Source of the DNA: the human T2T-CHM13v2.0 reference genome, Homo sapiens
Direction: 5' to 3' (one strand)
Assembly (NCBI RefSeq): GCF_009914755.1
Contig: NC_060933.1
Length of the DNA stretch: 64,000 bases
Shown here piece after piece: positions 57,591 through 64,000 of this stretch (position 1 is the stretch's first letter; each line of letters opens with the position of its first letter). The notes beneath the pieces were generated by a model. That model had not been told where the DNA came from and searched no databases. It saw nothing but the letters and a program-made list of their open reading frames with translations. A program made the translations under genes and the position numbers.

Positions 57591-57999
57591 ATGCAGGCCC
57601 TTCAGCATCATTACTGTACATGTTATAGAAGCAAATGTGAAAAGCCAGGTCCCAGGACCAGGGATTAGAGGGCTGAAGATCTGGGTGCTGGGAGCGTGGA
57701 AGCATGTAAGTGAGACAAGGGAGAACTTGTTTAGACCCCATGATTTCACAGTGGTATTCTCTGTGAAATTCCCACAAGATGTGTGAAAGAGTTGACTTCA
57801 TTTAAAGGGCCAGAGGCAGTATGGTAGTCATCATAAATAACACCCATTTCCAAATTACTTTCACCAAATAATAAAAAAGCAGAAATATTTCTCCTGAATA
57901 ATTTAGAATATTGAGACAAGAATAGGTCAGAGGACAGAAGGGTAATTTGCTCAATCATTCACTTGTTTTTGCTTGGAAAAATTGATCTCCTAAAATTAA

Positions 58000-58455
58000 T
58001 ATTTGAGGAAAATTTTTAGTTAATGTAATATTTGCTAAACACAAAAGGACATATGAAATGTATATATACATTCAGAAGCATAATAATAAAAGAAACATTT
58101 CAATCTACTGCCCAACTTAAGGTCTAAACAGCAATGGCAGTTTCTATTTGAAATACCTGAGTATGTCCCATTCTGATCTTTTCTTCCTCCCTCCTCCTTA
58201 AAAATAAATTCTGTCCTGAAATTTTTGCTTGATTTTCTTGCACTTATAAAATGTAGTTTATCACAATATACATGCCTCTAAGCATATTATTTAGCTTTGC
58301 TAATTTGTTAGCTTTTTAAAAATGCTATTGCATTGTAAGTAGTCTTAACAGTTGGTTTTATTTTGATTCAACATGTTATGTTTAAAATGCATCTATATCA
58401 TTTATACCTACAATATATTCATTTTCACTGCTATAGAACCTTCCACTGTGTGGAG
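58000..58455 (-). mobile_element. L1ME 3' end fragment
   Basis: tttgattcaacatgttatgtttaaaatgcatctat..ttcattttcactgctatagaaccttccactgtg. Confidence 0.6.
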
Positions 58456-58589
58456 TCATTTAAAAGAATATTCATGATCACAAGATTTTTAAGAGCACAG
58501 ATTCAATTTATTAATCTCACCCAAATTTTTACAATGACTTACATGTTGTTCTTCATTTCTTCCAGATTCTTTCACCTCTAAACCAACTT

Positions 58590-59100
58590 TCATAATAGGG
58601 GCCAGAGTTCTCTTTCTGAATATGAGAATTCTATTAACATTTCCCCCACTTAAAAGTCTCAGTGGTTTCTAACTGCCCCCAATATAAAATCTAAGCCACT
58701 GGGCCTACCTTCTTGACTCATCACAGTCCCACTCCAATATTCCTTTCAGGTTCATCTTCAATTATAAATTCTGTCCATCCCATCTTCTTCTGACACACTC
58801 ATTGTTTGCCTAGACCATCAGAAATACCACCACTTCCTAAAATCACCTGCATTCCTTCTGTGCATTCAGTTTCCTTTGCAAAAAAGAGTTTCTCTTATCT
58901 TTGTTGAAAAAATAAAGTGCTAGATATCATTTAAGACCTGGTTTTAAAATTACCTGGATCCCAGAAAAAAAAAAGGGACAAATTATTCCCTGCACTTTGC
59001 ACACATAACATTTAATTAATTTGTTATTTATTATTTCTGTCTTTTTATATTAATAAAGAGATACATAATATCTTGAAGACAGAAAGCTTCATTGAGTCAA
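58590..59100 (+). mobile_element. L2 remnant
   Basis: gccagagttctctttctgaa...cttaaaagtctcagtgg...ataaaatctaagcc. Confidence 0.5.
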
Positions 59101-60808
59101 TGACCACATCCCTTTTATGGTTGTTTTCTCCCACCACCCCATTCTCACCCTACACAGGGCTGTACTCCAGTAGAAAATTTAGGCCTGATACCTAGAACAG
59201 TACAGGTCTGACAACAGTTGCTAAACTGACTAGGGACAAGAGACTTGAAACTCCATCTTGAGGTCCATGTTTAGAAATCACTAGGATCTTTTCTGATGAC
59301 TGCATAGCAAATTGGATTTAACTTTTCAATTTTGCATTATTCTTATGTTATTGGGATTATGATGAATAATGAGATAATAACAGCAATTAGCCTCTGAATG
59401 ACTAATAGTCCATCTAATTGATTTTGAACAATTTGAACATCTTCCCTCAGCCAAAGTAGAATAGGGTGGGGCAGAGAGTATTCCATGAATATTCCTGAGA
59501 ATGAAAACGGGAAAATTATGTCCAATGACCACTGAACATAGTATGGAAACTTCCTAGGGTTGGGGATGGGGGAAGGTGCAATTTAACAACTGAAGCTTGC
59601 TTTCTGACAAAAACTTGAAGTGTCAACAGAGTATGTTTCCAAAGTTTGCTATGTTAATTACTTAAAGCTTAGTGGACTTTTCAACATGAAACCAGCATTG
59701 CATATTGTATTTTCAGTTCCTCCCAATGCACCAAAACTTATTGAATCTGTAGTGGGCCTAAAGTTCAATGTTTGATCATGGCCACAGATTATTAGAGTCA
59801 TTGAGCAGAAATGTCTTCAAGGGCCAACTTAGGTCCACATTGAGACTGCTTGCCCACTGCAGTGGCACCTGTGACCCCACTCTGACTACTACTTCATCAC
59901 CATAGAAGTGGATCTCACCTAACTGCAGGCTACTGGGAATGGAGCCTTTAGTTTTTGTCTAGAGTTTAAATAGAATAGGGTAGGAGGAAGAAAACGGTAG
60001 AAAATGGAAGAGTAAGATGCAATCATTTGAATGCAGAGATGTAATGCAGAGATTTTCTTCCTGTTAGTAAAATCTCTGCATTCATCTATGAGGTTCACAT
60101 TTTTTGGTTAGTCTTTTACTTTATTCTGCAGATTTTGGATATTTCTTCACATGCTTTCACAGTTTCTTCCATTCCTTGCTGCTTCTGACTGGATTTATTA
60201 TTATTGTTTCTAGTCTTAAGCCAATGCACAGGATGCAGCCTTTTATTAAGAAGTAAGGAGAAAGGTAGTATCATAGAAACATTTAATTCATTGCACAAAA
60301 CATAGGAATGAGTTCTGAAAAATACTAACAAATAGGTATAGCACTGAGGATCAGTTAGGGAGACAGGCACAAACATAAAAATCTATAACAAGTTATATAC
60401 ACAAAGTTATATAAGAGCTTCAAAAAGTAATTAATTTTTATCAAGTAGTATTTGAAGAAGACTCCTTAGAGGACAAGGCATTTGATCTTGGTTACAGGAA
60501 TTGTTCAGACCCGGATGTTCAATGAGCTTTCCTGATGCTTGAGATCTTCATAAGATTGTTTCAGGTCCCAAATTTTGCCACCTTTGGAATTCTAAATCTC
60601 ATGAGATATCATCAAGTTTCTGAGGAGGTTTATGGCTTAAATACATAGCTTAGACATGTATGAGTCATCTCTGTGTCCCATGCATTATTCGCATACCCAG
60701 AGACTGCTCTGAGCTGAGTCAAATTAACATTTGTCTTTGAATTTTTTTCCCCTATATATACATACACATGTATTCACATACACTACACGTATTTCATGTA
60801 TACTCTTT

Positions 60809-63037
60809 TTTTATTATTATTATACTTCAAGTTATGGGACACATGTGCAGAACATGCAGGTTTGTTACATAGGTATACATGTGCCATGGTGGTTTGCTGC
60901 ACCCATCAAGCTGTCATCTAGGTTTTAGGCCCCGCATGCATTAGATATTTATCCTAATGCTCTCCTTCCCCTTGCCCCCTAACCCCTGACAAACCCCAGT
61001 ATGTGATGTTCCCCTCCCTGTGTCCATGTGTTCTCATTGTTCAACTTCCACTTATGAGTGAGAACATGCAGTGTTTGGTTTTCTGTTCCCGTGTTAGTTT
61101 GCTGAGAATGATGGTTTCCAGCTTCATCCATGTCCCTGCAGAGGACACGAACTCATTCTTTTTTATAGCTGCATAGTGTTCCATGGAGTGTATCTGCCAC
61201 ATTTTCTTTATCCAGTCTATCATTGATGGACATTTGAGTTGGTTCCAAGTCTTTGCTATTGTGAATAGTGCTGCAATAAACATAAGTGTGCTTGTGTCTT
61301 TATAGTAGAATAATTTATAATCCTCTGGGTAGATACACAGTAAAGGGATTGCTGGATCAAATGGTACTTCTGGTTCTAGATCCTTGAGGAATCGCCACAC
61401 TGTCTTCCACAATGGTTGAGCTAATTTGCACCCCCACCAGCAGTGTAAAAGTGTTTCTATTTCTCCACATCCTTTCCATTATCTGTTGTTTCCTGACTTT
61501 TTAATGATCACCTTTTTAACTGCCATGAGATGGTAACTCATTGTGGTTTTGATTTGCATTTCTCTAACGACCAGTGATGATGAGGTTTTTTTCATGTTTT
61601 TTGGCCACATATACGTCTTCTTTTGAGAAGTGTCTCTTCATACCCTTCACCCACATTTTGATGGGGTTGTTTGTTTTTTTCTTGTAAATTTATTTAAGTT
61701 CCCTGTAGATTCTGGATATTAGACCTTTGTCAGATGGATAGAGTGTAAAAATTTTCTCCCATTCTGTAGGTTGCTTGTTCACTCTGATGATAGTTTCTTT
61801 TGCTGTGCAGAAACTCTTTAGTTTAATTAGATCCCACTTGTCGATTTTGGGTTTTGTTGCAATTGCTTTTGGTGTTTTAGTCATGAAATCTTTGCCCGTG
61901 TCTATGTCCTAAATGGTATTGTCTAGGTTTTCTTCTAGGGTTTTTATGGTTTTAGGTTTTATGTTTAAGTCTTTAATCTATCTTGAGTCAATTTTTGTAA
62001 AACGTGTAAGGAAGGGGTCCAGTTTCAGTTTTCTGCATATGGCTAGTCAATTTTCCCAGCACCATTTATTAAACAGGGAATCCTTTCCCTATTGCTTGTT
62101 TTTGTCAGGTTTGTTGAAGATCAGATGGTTGTAGACATGTGGCATTATTTCTGAGGCCTCTGCTCTATTTCATTGGTCTGTATATCTGTTTTGGTACCAT
62201 TACCATGCTGTTTTGGTTATGTAGCCTTGCAGTGTAGTTTGAAGTCAAGTAACGTGATGCCTCCAGTTTTGTTCTTTTTGCTTGGGATTGTCTTGGCTAT
62301 ACGGGCTCTTTTTTGGTTCCATATGAAATTTAAAGTTTTTTTTCTAGTTCTGTGAAGAAAGTCAATGGTAGCTTGATGGGAATAGCATTGAAACTGTAAA
62401 TTACTTTGGGCAGTATGGCCATTTTCACGATAATGATTCTTCCTATACATGAGCATGGAATTTTTTCCCATATGTTTGTGTCCTCTCTTATTTCCTTGAG
62501 CAGTGATAGATGCAGAAAAGGCCTTCAATAAAATTCAACACCCCTTCATGCTAAAACACTCAATAAACTAGGCATTGATGGAACATATCTCAAAATAATA
62601 AGAGCTATTTATGACAAACCCATAGCCAATATCATACTGGATGGGCAAAACCTGGAAGCATTCCCTTTGAAAGCCCACACAGGACAAGGATGCCCTCTTT
62701 CACCTTTCCCATTCAACATAGTATTGGAAATTCTGCCCAGGGCAATCAGACAAGAGAAAGAAAGAAAGGGTATTCAGACAGGAAGAAAGGAAATCAAATT
62801 GTCTCTGTTTGCAGATGACATGATTGTATATTTAGTAAACCCCATTGTCATCAGCCCCAAAACTCCTTAAGCTGATAAGCAACTTCAGCAAAATATCAGA
62901 AAGCAAAATCAATGTGAAAAACTCACAAGCATTCCTATATGCCAGTATTAGACAAACAGAGAGCCAAAAAAATGAGTGAATTCCGTTCAGAATTGCTACA
63001 AAGAAAATAAAATATCTAGGAATACAACTTACAAGGA
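60809..63037 (-). mobile_element. L1PA8-like, 5'-truncated with twin-priming inversion (minus 60809-62505, plus 62506-~63041)
   Basis: L1PA8-type 3' UTR gtcatctaggttttaggccccgcatgcattag; ORF2 C-terminal peptides in the ORF track (61041-61412, 61690-61884); plus-strand RT piece ([19 protein letters not shown]); TSD atgtatactcttt (60796-60808) / atgtatattcttt (63038-63050). Confidence 0.93.
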
Positions 63038-63120
63038 ATGTATATTCTTTATACGCAGAATATTTAGTGCAAAATTTGGGGAGCTAAGAAGAATTTTAGA
63101 TCACAATAATTCAAACTACT

Positions 63121-63477
63121 TGTATTAGTCTGTTCTCACACTGCTAATAAAGATATACCCTAGACTGGGTAATTTATAGAGTACAGAGGTTTAAGGGACT
63201 CACAGTTCCACATGGCTGGGAAGGCTTCACAATCATGGCAGAGGGCAAAGCAGAATCAAAGGCACGTCTTAGATGGTGGCAGGCAAGAGAGAGCTTGTGC
63301 AGGTGAACTCCCATTTATAAAACCATCAGATCTCTTGAGACTTATTCACTACCACAAGAACAGTATGGGGAAACCACTCCCATAATTCAATTATCTCCAC
63401 CTGGCCCTGCCTTTGACACATGGGGGTTGTTACAACTCAAGGTGAGATTCGGATGGGGGCACAGCCAAACCATTTCA
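63121..63477 (-). mobile_element. THE1 (B/C-like) solo LTR
   Basis: tgtattagtctgttctcacactgctaataaaga ... cacagccaaaccatttca; TSD ctact / ccact. Confidence 0.92.
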
Positions 63478-64000
63478 CCACTCAAAACTGTTTATTACAT
63501 ATTCTTGGTTATAAGAGTTCCTTTGTTGCTTGATTGAGGATTTTTCATGGCTGCTTCATCCTACAAGGTATCCAGGCCTCATATTATCTTATTACCCCTC
63601 TCGTTTCTTTCTATTCCATGATTCTTCCAGACACCATCCCTCCCAGATTCCTTCACAAACTTCAAAATCAAATTTATTCAAATTTTCAAGATAATTTAGC
63701 TTTTCCCAGCTGCTGCTCCTGACTCAGCTCCATGCCACCACTGGCTATACAAATTTGTTAAATAACATCTGCCCTGCTTGGAACATATTTATGATTTATA
63801 GGCTAATTATTATTTCATTGGATATACTAAAGATGTCCAAGTAAAAGTAATGTGACTGGAAAATCTTTACAAATATTAATTTTTTACTTAATTAGGAACT
63901 CATCAAATTTCTTCTCTGGACCCAGAACCAGTGCCCCCCCAGCATACACTCCTGGACATAAGCCCTGTCCTGTTTTAAACAACACTACATTTACAGCAGA

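Noticed and set aside
59557-59576. Possible G-quadruplex
   Set aside because: Only three G3+ runs plus a GG; fails the canonical pattern
61041-62870. ORFs with clear protein similarity (MWKTVWRFLKDLE..., [11 protein letters not shown])
   Set aside because: Fragments of L1 ORF2 in a truncated, inverted L1PA8; not a functional CDS

Overview
AT-rich, CpG-poor primate (human-like) non-coding DNA. I see no convincing protein-coding exon, RNA gene, CpG island or CRISPR array. Almost every ORF in the track is explained by Alu, L1, THE1 or ERVL sequence, or by chance. The window is layered with transposon fossils: CR1/L3, L2 and MIR; a near full-length old L1ME; two L1PA copies with twin-priming 5' inversions; a two-LTR ERVL (LTR16/HERV16-type) provirus with protease, RT and dUTPase remnants; a full-length THE1 with a perfect TSD; solo LTRs (MER4E, MLT1, LTR16-like, THE1); DNA transposons (Tigger3, MER63, MER5, Tip100-type); and 8 Alus. 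The most striking signal outside recognisable transposons is at ~32.40-32.49 kb: three perfect AGATCAAAGG TCF/LEF sites within 56 bp (TOPFlash-like), fused to a perfect 13-bp inverted repeat, apparently built by local template switching. All subfamily calls come from remembered consensus sequences and need confirmation with RepeatMasker/Dfam. I could not identify the locus.
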